Of a stretch of 64,000 nucleotides of DNA, positions 39,419 through 49,851 are shown piece by piece (position 1 is the stretch's first letter; every line of letters starts with the position of its first letter). The position numbers were made by a program, and so were the translations under genes. Source of the stretch: Candidatus Heimdallarchaeota archaeon (GTDB lineage: Archaea; Asgardarchaeota; Heimdallarchaeia; JABLTI01); assembly GCA_018238155.1 (NCBI GenBank), contig JABCTZ010000025.1:1-64000 (forward strand). Direction: 5' to 3'. Below the pieces are notes generated by a model. That model searched no databases, was not told the DNA's origin, and was given only the letters and a program-made list of their open reading frames with translations.

Positions 39419-40780
39419 CTATTTTCCACTTGAAAATTTAGTAGAACCTAAAAGGATCATAGGTGATTTCATTCCACCCTCAATAAGAAGGTCTTTCCCA
39501 ACTAATTTGATATTCTTCAGAACATCATAGACAGTTGTTCCAAGCATAGTATTCTTTATTGGGAATTTTATTTCGCCTTTTTCTACCCAGAATCCGACAT
39601 CTACTTGCTGACTAATATTTGTACCAGTCATAGCAAATACTGGGCTTTCCAGATAGATTCCTGTACCAAGTTCTGCAAAGAGCTCATCTTTTGATGCTGT
39701 ACCAGATTCAATTTGAATTTGTGTTAAACTTGGTTTTGGTATTCCGCCATATCCTTGCTTAGTAGCGCTTCCAGTATTTGGAATATCCAATTTCTTAGAA
39801 GTATAAACATCGCTCAGATAGGAAAGTAATGTTCCTTTATCTACAATAGAAATCTTTTGTGTTGCTGTGCCTTCGTCATCGAACCTTCGACTACTTGAAC
39901 CACCAGTTTGGAGTGGGTTATCAATAACAGTTAATTCCGGACTAGCTATTTCTTCTGCAAGTCTATCATTAAAGAAAGCGGTTCCTTGGATAATATTGTA
40001 AGCAGAAACACCTCGAGAGAGTATTCCACCAACAGTTTGGCGAGTAGCTCTTTTGTCAATTAAAAGAGGATATTCACCTGAATCAATTTTTTGTCCACCA
40101 AGGTTGTTTAGAGCTTTATCTGCAGCTTTATGACCTATTTCTGTTGGATCAATCTTCTTGAGTGAACGAGCGAAACCGTATTCATAACCAACACCAATAT
40201 CATCATCTTTGACTATTTTATTATTGATGAAAACAGTCATAACAGTACCATTTGTTTTAGCAAGAACACCATTTGAATTAACTATGACTTTGCTACCAAC
40301 AAATAATCCTACACTCCCACTTACATTCAAAGTAGCTTCTTTTTCTAGGGAAGCATTTAATGCTTGAATAGCAATTTCAACCAGTTTATCACTGCTTAGA
40401 GAGGCTAATTCTTTGTTGTATAACCCCTTAACTACCGGATAAGACGTAACCTTTGATGCAAAACCAATATTATCGGGATTTGGGCTAGACACTTTAGCTA
40501 AAGAAACAGCATCTTTTACCATTGCGTCCAATAAACTATCATCAAATTGAGTTGATGTACTTAGTCCAATTGCTTTGTTAATTAAAACACGCAATCCTAT
40601 ACCAGTTTGGCTTTTACTATTTGCTTTAACAATACTGGATTCTTCAAGGTTGATTGACATTTGTTTTCCTTGTATAAGGACCACTTCAGAATGTTCTGCA
40701 CCAAGTTTTTGAGCCATTTTATTTACTTTTTCAGCAAGAGCTACGATAGTATTATCAACCATTTTACCTTCCTCCAACAA
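39419..40780 (-). CDS. pmbA: TldE/PmbA family protein
   Basis: GIGLRV, FDDEG, TGSA; no HExxxH; overlaps the tldD stop. Confidence 0.9.
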   Translation of the reverse strand: MLEEGKMVDNTIVALAEKVNKMAQKLGAEHSEVVLIQGKQMSINLEESSIVKANSKSQTGIGLRVLINKAIGLSTSTQFDDSLLDAMVKDAVSLAKVSSPNPDNIGFASKVTSYPVVKGLYNKELASLSSDKLVEIAIQALNASLEKEATLNVSGSVGLFVGSKVIVNSNGVLAKTNGTVMTVFINNKIVKDDDIGVGYEYGFARSLKKIDPTEIGHKAADKALNNLGGQKIDSGEYPLLIDKRATRQTVGGILSRGVSAYNIIQGTAFFNDRLAEEIASPELTVIDNPLQTGGSSSRRFDDEGTATQKISIVDKGTLLSYLSDVYTSKKLDIPNTGSATKQGYGGIPKPSLTQIQIESGTASKDELFAELGTGIYLESPVFAMTGTNISQQVDVGFWVEKGEIKFPIKNTMLGTTVYDVLKNIKLVGKDLLIEGGMKSPMILLGSTKFSSGK

Positions 40781-42155
40781 CTAGATCTTTTACTGCAAGT
40801 GCAGGACCACTACCTGTTACAGGCATCCATTGACCACTTTTACCACAAGAACCATTGAAAGCTGCTTGTTCTAGTTTTCCAACACCAATAGTATTAGTTA
40901 ATACTTCCATGATCATTCCGCTCATAGAAACGTTCTGAGTAATTGATTTTTGTTTGCCTTTTTCGATTATATAGCCATTTTGTGATGAGAACATAAACTG
41001 TCCCATAGCGGGGTTAACATAACCACCATAGGATTTTTCGAGGTACATTCCATCGCCAATGATTTCAAATAATTCTTCAAGGCTTTTATCACTACCTTCA
41101 ACAAAGGTGTTACCCATTCGGGCAAGAGGTGGAAATCGAAAGTCCATTGCTCTTCCAGAGCCGTTGGGTGTTTGTCCAAGTATTGTTGCTGTTTCTAGCG
41201 TGTGGAAAAATTCTTTTAGAATGCCTTTTTCAACCAATTTTCTTGGAACTGCTTTTGTTCCTTCTGAATCATAAGCAAAAGACCCTCGCAAACCTGGAAT
41301 GGTAGGATCATCTACAATGCTTATCTCTTCAACACCAACTTTAGTATTCAATTTGTCATGAAGAATAGATCTTTTAGTAATTATTCCATCTGCCTCACAA
41401 GCGTGGCCAAAAGCTTCGTGTACGAACACACCAACAAGACTTGGATCCATAACTAAATTCATTTTACCACTTTTTGGTTTATCTGCAGAAAGAAGGTCAA
41501 CAGCTTTTGTGCCAACTTCTTTTCCTATTTCATCTACATTGAAATCCATAATGGTTTTTATTCCAATAGATGAAGCAACATTTTCACCAACGTTCTGTTG
41601 TAAATTACCTTCTCGAGCAACAGCTCCTCCAGATAATCGAAAAACACCTGATTCAGTTGAAACATCTGTACCATTCGTTGAAATAATATCTTCAGAATTA
41701 ATTGTTTCTAAATAAATCGCTCGAGAAGTTGCTATTCTCTTATCTACCTCTCTAATTGTTTTTTCAAAATCTTGAGTGATTTTCATCTTCTCTTCAATAA
41801 AAATATCCTTTGGATTAAGATCAAAAGAAATTTTTGATTTTCCTTGAGTCGAGAATTCAGGATTTATTTTTCGAGGTTCTTTAACCTTTTCAGAGGCAAC
41901 TTTTGCCATTTTTACTGCTGTTTTCAAAGTTTGTGTTAGTGTATCCTTTGATATATCAGCAGTTGTCGCAAGACCCCATGCTCCTCCCACTAAAACCCGT
42001 ACTGCGGCTCCTCCCATTCTATTTGAGGTTACTTCTTCTGTAATTGCGTTTTTAACAATCATATTCAATGATTCTGAATGTTGGAAACGAATATCAGCAA
42101 AACCGCCCGTGCCAAGGTCTATTTCATCCAATATTTTTCGGGCATAATCCTTCAT
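40764..42155 (-). CDS. tldD: TldD family metalloprotease
   Basis: HEAFGHACEAD, YDSEG, GSGRA, ARMGNT, CGKSGQ. Confidence 0.93.
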   Translation of the reverse strand: MKDYARKILDEIDLGTGGFADIRFQHSESLNMIVKNAITEEVTSNRMGGAAVRVLVGGAWGLATTADISKDTLTQTLKTAVKMAKVASEKVKEPRKINPEFSTQGKSKISFDLNPKDIFIEEKMKITQDFEKTIREVDKRIATSRAIYLETINSEDIISTNGTDVSTESGVFRLSGGAVAREGNLQQNVGENVASSIGIKTIMDFNVDEIGKEVGTKAVDLLSADKPKSGKMNLVMDPSLVGVFVHEAFGHACEADGIITKRSILHDKLNTKVGVEEISIVDDPTIPGLRGSFAYDSEGTKAVPRKLVEKGILKEFFHTLETATILGQTPNGSGRAMDFRFPPLARMGNTFVEGSDKSLEELFEIIGDGMYLEKSYGGYVNPAMGQFMFSSQNGYIIEKGKQKSITQNVSMSGMIMEVLTNTIGVGKLEQAAFNGSCGKSGQWMPVTGSGPALAVKDLVVGGR

Positions 42156-42371
42156 AATGGTATTGTCTTAAATTTTAGACATTAAAAATTATTCTACCAT
42201 TAGATTATATTCAATTTTAATCGATTCTCCAAAAAATTCCACTATTACACAAGTAAAATAACAGTCATAGCAACAACAACTACAACAAGAGTATCTAATT
42301 ATCTTCTAAAAAAATAAAATTGAAGATTAATTATCTGAAGCTATGAAAAGTAGTAAAAGGGTTTTTTCTTT

Positions 42372-42752
42372 TTACAACTTGAAATATTTCTCGAAAATTT
42401 CTGAAAGCTCGGCTAAAGTTTTGGTAGCACTAAACCTGTATTCTTTGTTAGCAGAGAAAATAGGTATTTTTCGTTTTTTTAATAAAATAAATGTGGGTAT
42501 GAATTTTATCTTATATTCTGCTTTTACTCTTTCTTTATCTTCTTCACAATCGATTTTGCCAAATGCTATCTGTCCATTGTATTTATCAGCTAATTCTTCG
42601 AAAATCGGAGCCATTTCTTTGCAAGGTTTACACCAATCAGCATAAAGATCTAGTACTACACAGTCGTTATTATTAATGAAAGCTTCAACATCATCTAACC
42701 CAAGTTTTGATACTTTACCATTTGTTTCAATTATATTAGTCAATATATTCAC
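42372..42752 (-). CDS. trxA: Thioredoxin
   Basis: DLYADWCKPCKEMAP, IPTF cis-Pro motif. Confidence 0.85.
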   Translation of the reverse strand: MNILTNIIETNGKVSKLGLDDVEAFINNNDCVVLDLYADWCKPCKEMAPIFEELADKYNGQIAFGKIDCEEDKERVKAEYKIKFIPTFILLKKRKIPIFSANKEYRFSATKTLAELSEIFEKYFKL

Positions 42753-42899
42753 CTGTTATTTGTTTTTCTAATTGATAAGTCTCAAATTCGGACAAAAATA
42801 TAACTGTTATTGATTCGGCATATTTAGGTGAAAAACCTGTGTTGTTAGAGTAATGATTGCATTCTTATATTTTATTTCTCAAACAGAATTGGGATTAAG

Positions 42900-43562
42900 A
42901 TGACAAATGAAAATAACAATCTTACAGTTGCTGCTCCTGATAAATGGATGGCAGGATGGGATAAATATTTTGATAAATTATTAGAACAATCTGATGAAGA
43001 ATTGATGAATTTATCTGCAATTAGTCACCCGATTCAGTGTTTAGCTGCTCCAATACGTGGTAAAGCTAATGATATGAAAGGGCTTGATTTAGCTTGTGGC
43101 GCAGGATCAACAGCACTCTTTTTAGCCAAATTAGGTGTTCAAATGGAAGCAATTGATGCATTGACAAGTGCAATAACTATCGTTACTAAGCGTGCAAAAT
43201 TACTTGGATTAACTGATAAATTAAATATCTATCAAAAGGACATTGATGGTTGGGAGATAATGCCGGAAAGTTACGATATCATTATTGCTTCACAATGTTT
43301 ACAATATCTCTTCAATCGTGCAATACCAAGATTAACAGAATTTGCTGCTGCTGTAAAACCGGGTGGGTTTTTAGTTTTTAGCGGAAATATCCCTCCTCAT
43401 TTCAAATTGGAACCACCAATGAAGTTTATTTATCAAGAAGAGTTGGATGAAATATTCAAAGGATGGTTATATCATAGCAAAGGGACCGATGAACGTTTAT
43501 TACGCCCAAATGATCTCAGAGGTTACATCTGGCTAGTAGCGCAGAAGCCAGAAAAGGAGTAA
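42900..43562 (+). CDS. Class I SAM-dependent methyltransferase (TehB-like)
   Basis: LDLACGAG, YDIII, VKPGGFL. Confidence 0.88.
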   Translation: MTNENNNLTVAAPDKWMAGWDKYFDKLLEQSDEELMNLSAISHPIQCLAAPIRGKANDMKGLDLACGAGSTALFLAKLGVQMEAIDALTSAITIVTKRAKLLGLTDKLNIYQKDIDGWEIMPESYDIIIASQCLQYLFNRAIPRLTEFAAAVKPGGFLVFSGNIPPHFKLEPPMKFIYQEELDEIFKGWLYHSKGTDERLLRPNDLRGYIWLVAQKPEKE

Positions 43563-43644
43563 GTTAGAAATTTATCCTTTTCATCTTTTTTTAAAAAAGA
43601 TAGTTTAAATACTCTATCAACTTGATTATCTATTAGGGATTTTT

Positions 43645-44067
43645 TTGGAATTAGAAAAACTTATTGGAAAAATTGCTGCGACTAAAAATAGTAAAAGAAT
43701 CGGAAGAATAACTAGAATTGAACGATTACCACATCTTTTAACAAAGAAGACAGTTCCTTATGTTTTCATCTTTGTTCAACAATTTATGAAAAAGGATGCT
43801 TTGGTGCCATTACTCGCAGATAAAATACTAAAGGTAGAAGGGAATTATGTGTGGTTCGATATTTTGAAAAAAGACTTTGATAAAAAAGTAAAATTTCATC
43901 GACTGAAAAATCGAGGAAACTTTGCAGATCATGATAAATTTTTAGATTTTACTGCTAATGTAAGGAAAGAGTATTTAGCATTGAATATCAGTCCAGCTCT
44001 AAGAAAACAAGAAAGAAGAAGAGGAAAAAAAATTATTTTCGAATCCTGTTCTTTTTTGATTTCCTGA
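43645..44067 (+). CDS. PRC-barrel-like protein
   Basis: LIGKIAATKNSKRIGRITRI...LVPLLADKILKVEGNYV. Confidence 0.6.
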   Translation: MELEKLIGKIAATKNSKRIGRITRIERLPHLLTKKTVPYVFIFVQQFMKKDALVPLLADKILKVEGNYVWFDILKKDFDKKVKFHRLKNRGNFADHDKFLDFTANVRKEYLALNISPALRKQERRRGKKIIFESCSFLIS

Positions 44068-46531
44068 AATGTGTTTCTATAAAACCTGCTTGTAAACTTG
44101 ATAGTAAAAGTTGAATACCATCAGTTAATTCTAGCAATGTTTTACTTTCAAAATCTCTTTTTTGCAAGATTTGTATTTCCTCAAATAGTTCTGGGTGGAA
44201 TTGCAAAGCGTAATCTCTTTTTATCATATTTGTTTTAGGATTATAGTAATAAATGACCATGCCAGCTATTTCAGTTAAATAATCTCCATCTTTACTATCT
44301 GTGCAATAAAGAGTTGAGCTAGGTATTTCAAGACCAAATGGTAAAGATGTTAATTCTCGTAAATTCTCATTTTCAAATAGTATCTCGAAATTCCTTTGGG
44401 AAAAGTCAGCTATTTTTTTAAAGGTCCAATTGAAAAATAGCACTGCTTCTTCATTTACTTCATCACCGTGCAACATAATTATATCTAGAGTTTCTAATGA
44501 ATAAAGATCTTCTAGTATTCCAGTTTGAAATTTGGCTGTTTCGTGGTATTCATCAAGCAAAGGTTTTGGATTCTTAGAAGTATCAGGTTGGAATTTTACT
44601 AATTTTTTAAGCCCTACTTCTGGTAATTCATTTCTTTTTACTGCAAAATATTGCCCTTTCAAGCCTGTTGCAATGATTTCTTTATTTCGATTTTTAACAA
44701 TTAGTTTATTCCCTTGTGAGTTTATTTCGTCAATTATTTTCAAAAACTCTTCACTGGCAACGGTACTCTTTTTTAAGATTATTTTAGCAATTTTCTCTGC
44801 TTTTTTGCTTAATCCTAAAATATAATCCCTAAATGTTTCTGCTACACCTTGATGCCCTAAACAAATGAAAAGTGCGGGGTTGGACCCAGGTGTATTTCTA
44901 GCTAAAACAATTGAACGTAGCAAATGCAGATAGTCTTTTCTTTCAAAGTTCCCTTTAGAGATCTCGGTAAAACTTTGGCTATCATAGAGTGATTGTCTTC
45001 CTCCCTCAACGATAACATATCTAAATGATCGCAAAAACTCTCCTACTGATTCGCCAATACAATGTTCTTTGACTTTTTCGAGAAACTTACTATAATTCAT
45101 TTCAGATAATTCAAGTATAACTACATTCCAGTCAAGTATTTCCTTTGTAATTGTAGCAAAATTTTTTGATGCATCTATCAGCTCACCCCATTGGTTTGAG
45201 CCAATAACAGTGTCAGGTTTTAAAATAATGGCCCACTTGCTTCTTTGACTTGGTTTTTTGAAATGACTCTTGTATATTTTTTCAAATTCTTTTACAGACC
45301 TGATAACAATTTGTTGCGTTTCTTTTTTATTCAAAAATCGTTGGATTTTCTGCAATGAAAGTTCAAATGGTAAATTGAAGAAAGGATCTTTTAGTGGAAT
45401 AGAGTACCCTATTAGCTTTTCAAATTTCTTTCTACTAGAATTAGATCTAAAATCAACTCCTGCAAGAAAAGCTATTTTTATGAAAATATCCAAAGGGATT
45501 TTGATTTTCTTAGCGAATTTTTCTAGCTCGTTCTTATGTCCTAAAAGGAAGGAGAGTTTTATTTGACTATGTGCAATACTAAAATCACCTGATGGAATAG
45601 CTCCTTTCAGTATTGGTAACCAAGCGTTTTGGTAAACGAAATCTTGAGTGCCCAAAGGAGTTTGTGAAGATAAGATAACTATCTTACCATTTGTAATCGC
45701 TTGTTCTATTGCGGGTAAAGGTGAATAACCAGATTTGACATCAGTGTTTATTGTCCCACTTCCATAGGCATTCAAAATTATTCCATCAGCAGTTGCAAAT
45801 CTATTCTTGTAATCATCTTCGGTCATCATTGGTGTAGTATTGACCACAATTATCTTTGGATTAAATTTGGTATCACAATAAGTAGTAAATCCAGCATCTT
45901 GGCATTCTTTAGCAATTCTTTCACAAATAGCAAACCAAGAATCTAGAATTAGGTCAGAAGAATCTTTGGACATTAAAGAAATTGATTCAAATTCTTGGTA
46001 GAAATCAGAGAATTTTTGTGTAATATATTCTGAAATTAGATTGGCTGTTGGAGTTAACACTCCATCTTCATTGGGTTCAGATTCGATTGTTCCCCCAGTT
46101 CTAATAAGAAATAATTTATCCAATTTACGATTTAAATTCAAGGGAAAGGCTCTACCACGAATGAAAATTTCATCTGAAGTAATCCTCGCAAGCTCTTCTC
46201 CACGGAAAGCATCGGGCGACCACTTGTCAATTTTCCAGAGGTCATCTTGAAATGCAGCTTGACCATTATTGAATACTACGAAAATATTTGGTCCTGTAAG
46301 TTGTGTGAGTAATTTAATTGAATTCTCAACATTAGGATAGACATCAGAAGAAGAAAATTGCATGCTCAATGGCACTTGTGATCCGGTAATAGCTACATTT
46401 GCAGGTAGATTCTTGAGCGTATATCTAATTGCACTTAGTGCCCAGGACATAGAATCTGTTCCATGAGTTAAAAGAAAACCTATTTTTTTGGAGTATTTTC
46501 GCACCATCTCGTTTGTCACATCCGTGTTCAA
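44033..46531 (-). CDS. Permuted asparaginase/glutaminase domain fused to class I glutamine amidotransferase-like domain
   Basis: HGTDS (aa 23-27) and ITGSQ precede TGGTI (aa 145) and DSSD; YGSG C-domain; then CLGHQ (C557) and QFHPE (H779). Confidence 0.8.
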   Translation of the reverse strand: MNTDVTNEMVRKYSKKIGFLLTHGTDSMSWALSAIRYTLKNLPANVAITGSQVPLSMQFSSSDVYPNVENSIKLLTQLTGPNIFVVFNNGQAAFQDDLWKIDKWSPDAFRGEELARITSDEIFIRGRAFPLNLNRKLDKLFLIRTGGTIESEPNEDGVLTPTANLISEYITQKFSDFYQEFESISLMSKDSSDLILDSWFAICERIAKECQDAGFTTYCDTKFNPKIIVVNTTPMMTEDDYKNRFATADGIILNAYGSGTINTDVKSGYSPLPAIEQAITNGKIVILSSQTPLGTQDFVYQNAWLPILKGAIPSGDFSIAHSQIKLSFLLGHKNELEKFAKKIKIPLDIFIKIAFLAGVDFRSNSSRKKFEKLIGYSIPLKDPFFNLPFELSLQKIQRFLNKKETQQIVIRSVKEFEKIYKSHFKKPSQRSKWAIILKPDTVIGSNQWGELIDASKNFATITKEILDWNVVILELSEMNYSKFLEKVKEHCIGESVGEFLRSFRYVIVEGGRQSLYDSQSFTEISKGNFERKDYLHLLRSIVLARNTPGSNPALFICLGHQGVAETFRDYILGLSKKAEKIAKIILKKSTVASEEFLKIIDEINSQGNKLIVKNRNKEIIATGLKGQYFAVKRNELPEVGLKKLVKFQPDTSKNPKPLLDEYHETAKFQTGILEDLYSLETLDIIMLHGDEVNEEAVLFFNWTFKKIADFSQRNFEILFENENLRELTSLPFGLEIPSSTLYCTDSKDGDYLTEIAGMVIYYYNPKTNMIKRDYALQFHPELFEEIQILQKRDFESKTLLELTDGIQLLLSSLQAGFIETHFRKSKKNRIRK

Positions 46532-46586
46532 TTAAAAAGAAACACATTTAGAAAATAACTATTCTATGGTTATTTACCTTTTTTAC

Positions 46587-47621
46587 TCACTTGCTGTTTT
46601 GGAAGACAAAAGCAATCAAATTAGCAACAATGTTTGCATAATAACTAGATGAAATAGTAATGTCCTCAGATCCATCTACACGACTAAAAGTCAGTTTGAC
46701 TGAACCTTTTTTATAAGCTATATTTTGAACAAATTTCACTGCACGAGCCCAGATCTTTCCATCTTCGGAACCAAAAAGAATTCTTGAATTTGTGATAAAA
46801 CAATCACAAGGAATAGTACAATTAAAAGCACCATCAACTTTTTCGATATTCCCCCAGAAGAGGATTTTCTCAGTTTTTGAATCAAAACCAGGAATAACAA
46901 TTTTAATACGATCTTCTAAATCGATTATGGATGTTTCACGAATAATTTTAACACCAGTATCACTTCTTGCTCTTGTTTCCAAAGCAGGAAGCTTCTTAGT
47001 TATTTCTAACAATTCTTGCAACAATCTGTCTGAGAATCTAATCATTGTTTGAGATCCATTTGATCCTTTAATAAACAAAGCATCTTTTATCCCTAAAATA
47101 AGTGCTATTGGTTTATCGTTAGAAATGGTATGAATATTACATTTTTTCTTTGATAAAACATCTCGTAAATCATCAGAGATTTCTAAGTTGTTATCTATCC
47201 AAGCTTCCGGAAATTCATTATCTCCAATTATTGAAGAAATTGAACTAAAATTATTGAAAATCATAATAGGTGATACGTTGCTCTTCTGCGTAGACTTTTC
47301 CTGTAATCTAGAAATTCCTTTTTTAACACCTTTTATTGTAGAAACAATTGAATCAATTGCATTGTCAATGGTATTCTCTGGGGGAAGAGCTCTGAAGAGC
47401 ATTCCTTTTTCTATTGGAACTTTTGCTATAAATCCAAGCTCTATTAAACTATCTAGAACAGAATAAACTTTAGCTCGTGGTACTCCAGATTCCTTTGCAA
47501 TCAAATAAGCAGTAGCTTCACCTAAGACAAAGCTAGCAATGTATACTTGTGCTTGATATCTTTGCAATCCTATCTGTGTTAAACCATCAATTAGCTTATC
47601 GTCTATTTGCATAGCAATCAC
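46587..47621 (-). CDS. TrmB-family transcriptional regulator with C-terminal PH/GRAM-like domain
   Basis: GLQRYQAQVY...IAKESGVPRAKVYSVLDSL; C-terminal EKIL...CFITNSRILF with a terminal helix. Confidence 0.85.
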   Translation of the reverse strand: MIAMQIDDKLIDGLTQIGLQRYQAQVYIASFVLGEATAYLIAKESGVPRAKVYSVLDSLIELGFIAKVPIEKGMLFRALPPENTIDNAIDSIVSTIKGVKKGISRLQEKSTQKSNVSPIMIFNNFSSISSIIGDNEFPEAWIDNNLEISDDLRDVLSKKKCNIHTISNDKPIALILGIKDALFIKGSNGSQTMIRFSDRLLQELLEITKKLPALETRARSDTGVKIIRETSIIDLEDRIKIVIPGFDSKTEKILFWGNIEKVDGAFNCTIPCDCFITNSRILFGSEDGKIWARAVKFVQNIAYKKGSVKLTFSRVDGSEDITISSSYYANIVANLIAFVFQNSK

Positions 47622-47692
47622 TTCGAATTTAGTATTTTATGTAAAATAATTTGCTCTTATAACTAATTAATAGTTTGAAAAGATTTATTAAG

Positions 47693-47712
47693 GTTACTAC
47701 TCGAGTAGTAAC
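47693..47712. promoter_or_regulatory. Perfect 20-bp palindrome, probable TrmB operator
   Basis: GTTACTACTCGAGTAGTAAC in the divergent intergenic region. Confidence 0.65.
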
Positions 47713-47755
47713 TAATAACCTTTTGAGTTAAGAAAAAAATGGAGTTAGAAAATCA

Positions 47756-48520
47756 GTGATGAAAAAAAGAACTAAAAATAAACAATTCATAAATGGTTTC
47801 ACAATAATAATGTTTATTTTCTCAATTCTATTTGCTTTCCCTACAATAATTGAAGGGATAAATGTAAAAGTAAACTATCAAAGTTACATTGGAAGTAATG
47901 AAAATATCGCTCCTGGATCTTACAAAGTTGTGAAATTCGATTTAAAGAATAGTTATAGATTCAAGTTAATTGTTAGAGGTGAAAATTCAACAGGAACTAA
48001 TTCTACATCTAATGGTGATCATTATTATCTTGATTATAATCAAGTTCCAGTTGTTTTTGCATTACTAGCAGAAAATGAATTTTTAGATTGGCATAATTCT
48101 GGTGAGAATATACCAAATATAATCAATTCAACATATAGTTATACTGGAGAATTTATAAATTTAGAGAATATTGGGATCAAAGAAGAAAGTGATTATTATT
48201 TCATATTCTTTAATGCCAATCCATATGCAATTGATATTCATATAGATTTACAGATAACCCCTTGGGGTCATATACTAGCAACAAGTATAGTTGGTTTTGG
48301 TTTCTCAATATGTTTCTTAGCTTTACTAACAAAAATAGGTTTCACAATCTTTTATACAGTATACACAAAAGATAAACCAAAAATACTTACAGTTCAATCA
48401 CAAGGCAAAACTGAAGCAGTTTTACAACCAGAAAAAGAAGAAAGTTTTTGTGTTTCTTGTGGTGCACCAACAACAAAAAAAGATGGTCGTTATTGTCCAA
48501 ATTGTGGTTCATCAACATGA
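47756..48520 (+). CDS. Membrane protein with extracellular beta domain and cytoplasmic double zinc ribbon
   Basis: Signal/TM, second TM, FCVSCG...YCPNCG. Confidence 0.8.
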   Translation: MMKKRTKNKQFINGFTIIMFIFSILFAFPTIIEGINVKVNYQSYIGSNENIAPGSYKVVKFDLKNSYRFKLIVRGENSTGTNSTSNGDHYYLDYNQVPVVFALLAENEFLDWHNSGENIPNIINSTYSYTGEFINLENIGIKEESDYYFIFFNANPYAIDIHIDLQITPWGHILATSIVGFGFSICFLALLTKIGFTIFYTVYTKDKPKILTVQSQGKTEAVLQPEKEESFCVSCGAPTTKKDGRYCPNCGSST

Positions 48521-48679
48521 GCATCAAAATATAACACTTCAAACTAGAAATAATCCTCTAAACAAAAATAGAAATCTCCTCAAAAATCAAAGAGATGAGA
48601 AAACATCATCACCTAAAACGCATCATGTAAGGTTTGGTTTGCAATAGCTTTTCCTTATCTGATGTTCTCATTTCAAACA

Positions 48680-49063
48680 TTATATCTTTTTAGAAGAAAA
48701 TTCTTTGACTGCTTCAACTAAATCATCAAGATTTGATTTGCTGATAAATTTTACTGCTCCTGCTTGAAGGCATTTATCTTCATCTATAAGAAAACCAGAA
48801 CCTGAAACACAAATTATTGGTGTTTGTATATCTTTTTCACGTATCATAGTTACAGCTTCATGACCAAATAGCTGTGGAAGAGAATTATCACAAATGATTA
48901 TATCCCAATTTTTCTCAGAATTCAAAAGTTCTATTAATTTGATCTTACTATCAGCCCAATCATAATCTGAATTAGAAAACACTTGTTTAATATAATGAAA
49001 CATTAGGATAACGTCATCCTCTGAGTCTTCAATAAATAAGATATTTCTGAGCTCATTCATCAT
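48680..49063 (-). CDS. Single-domain response regulator
   Basis: ILFIEDSEDD, DIIICDNSLP, SG, FISK. Confidence 0.9.
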   Translation of the reverse strand: MMNELRNILFIEDSEDDVILMFHYIKQVFSNSDYDWADSKIKLIELLNSEKNWDIIICDNSLPQLFGHEAVTMIREKDIQTPIICVSGSGFLIDEDKCLQAGAVKFISKSNLDDLVEAVKEFSSKKI

Positions 49064-49521
49064 TTATCACAAGTTAATTTTGCTGTTTGATTTAACACTA
49101 ACCAATATAGACCAAGTTGTTTCACAGCCTCGATAAACTGATCAAAATCAACAGGTTTTGATATAAACGAGTTCGCTCCTAAACAATAACTTTTAACGAC
49201 ATCGTTTTCTTCTTTAGAAGTAGTTAAAATTACAACTGGAAGTTGTTTTGTTCTAGGGTCTTCTCGAATTCTTTTCAATACTTGCAACCCATCTAGTTTT
49301 GGCATTTTAAGATCAAGTAAAACTAATTCAGGCAAGATATTTCTATCTCGATCTTTATATTTGCCTTGTGCAAAAAGAAAGTTTATTGCTTCTTCCCCAT
49401 CTCTTACTACAATAAGTTCATTTAATACATTGCTTTTTTTAAATGCCCTTTGAGTTAATAATACATCATCAGGATTATCTTCAGCAAGTAGAATCATTTT
49501 TTTCATCTCTATTTTCTCCAT
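49060..49521 (-). CDS. Rcp1-type single-domain response regulator
   Basis: LLAEDNPDD, LLDLKMPKLDG, LTTS, GANSFISKP, LYWL. Confidence 0.93.
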   Translation of the reverse strand: MEKIEMKKMILLAEDNPDDVLLTQRAFKKSNVLNELIVVRDGEEAINFLFAQGKYKDRDRNILPELVLLDLKMPKLDGLQVLKRIREDPRTKQLPVVILTTSKEENDVVKSYCLGANSFISKPVDFDQFIEAVKQLGLYWLVLNQTAKLTCDK

Positions 49522-49851
49522 TTTTAGTGATGTGCTTATAGTAATTTTTTGGTAAACAGTTCTTTCTTCCTAAAAATTATGTTCATTTTTTTAATGATTA
49601 ATATTGAAGTTTAATGTTTACTATAAAACTTTCCGTTTAGGAATGCAGCTATTTTTATTGAAAAACAATATATTTTATGATAGAAATTTAAAGAAACAAA
49701 TATAATTTAAATAGAAAAATGATTTTTTCTAAAATTTGAATCAGATTTTTTTAATGAATGCATGGATATTTGATAATATATGAGTGGTACTTTTCTTTTT
49801 AATTTAGAGTGAAAATAGTTATTTTGAGGATTAAACGGTAGGTTTAGATAA

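Noticed and set aside
42166-42181. gtcttaaattttagac upstream of tldD as a fifth GTCTTA-N6-TAAGAC site
   Set aside because: The spacer is 4 bp and one arm mismatches.
49522-49851. dif/att site near the recombinase
   Set aside because: No convincing 11-6-11 inverted repeat or flanking direct repeat was found by eye.
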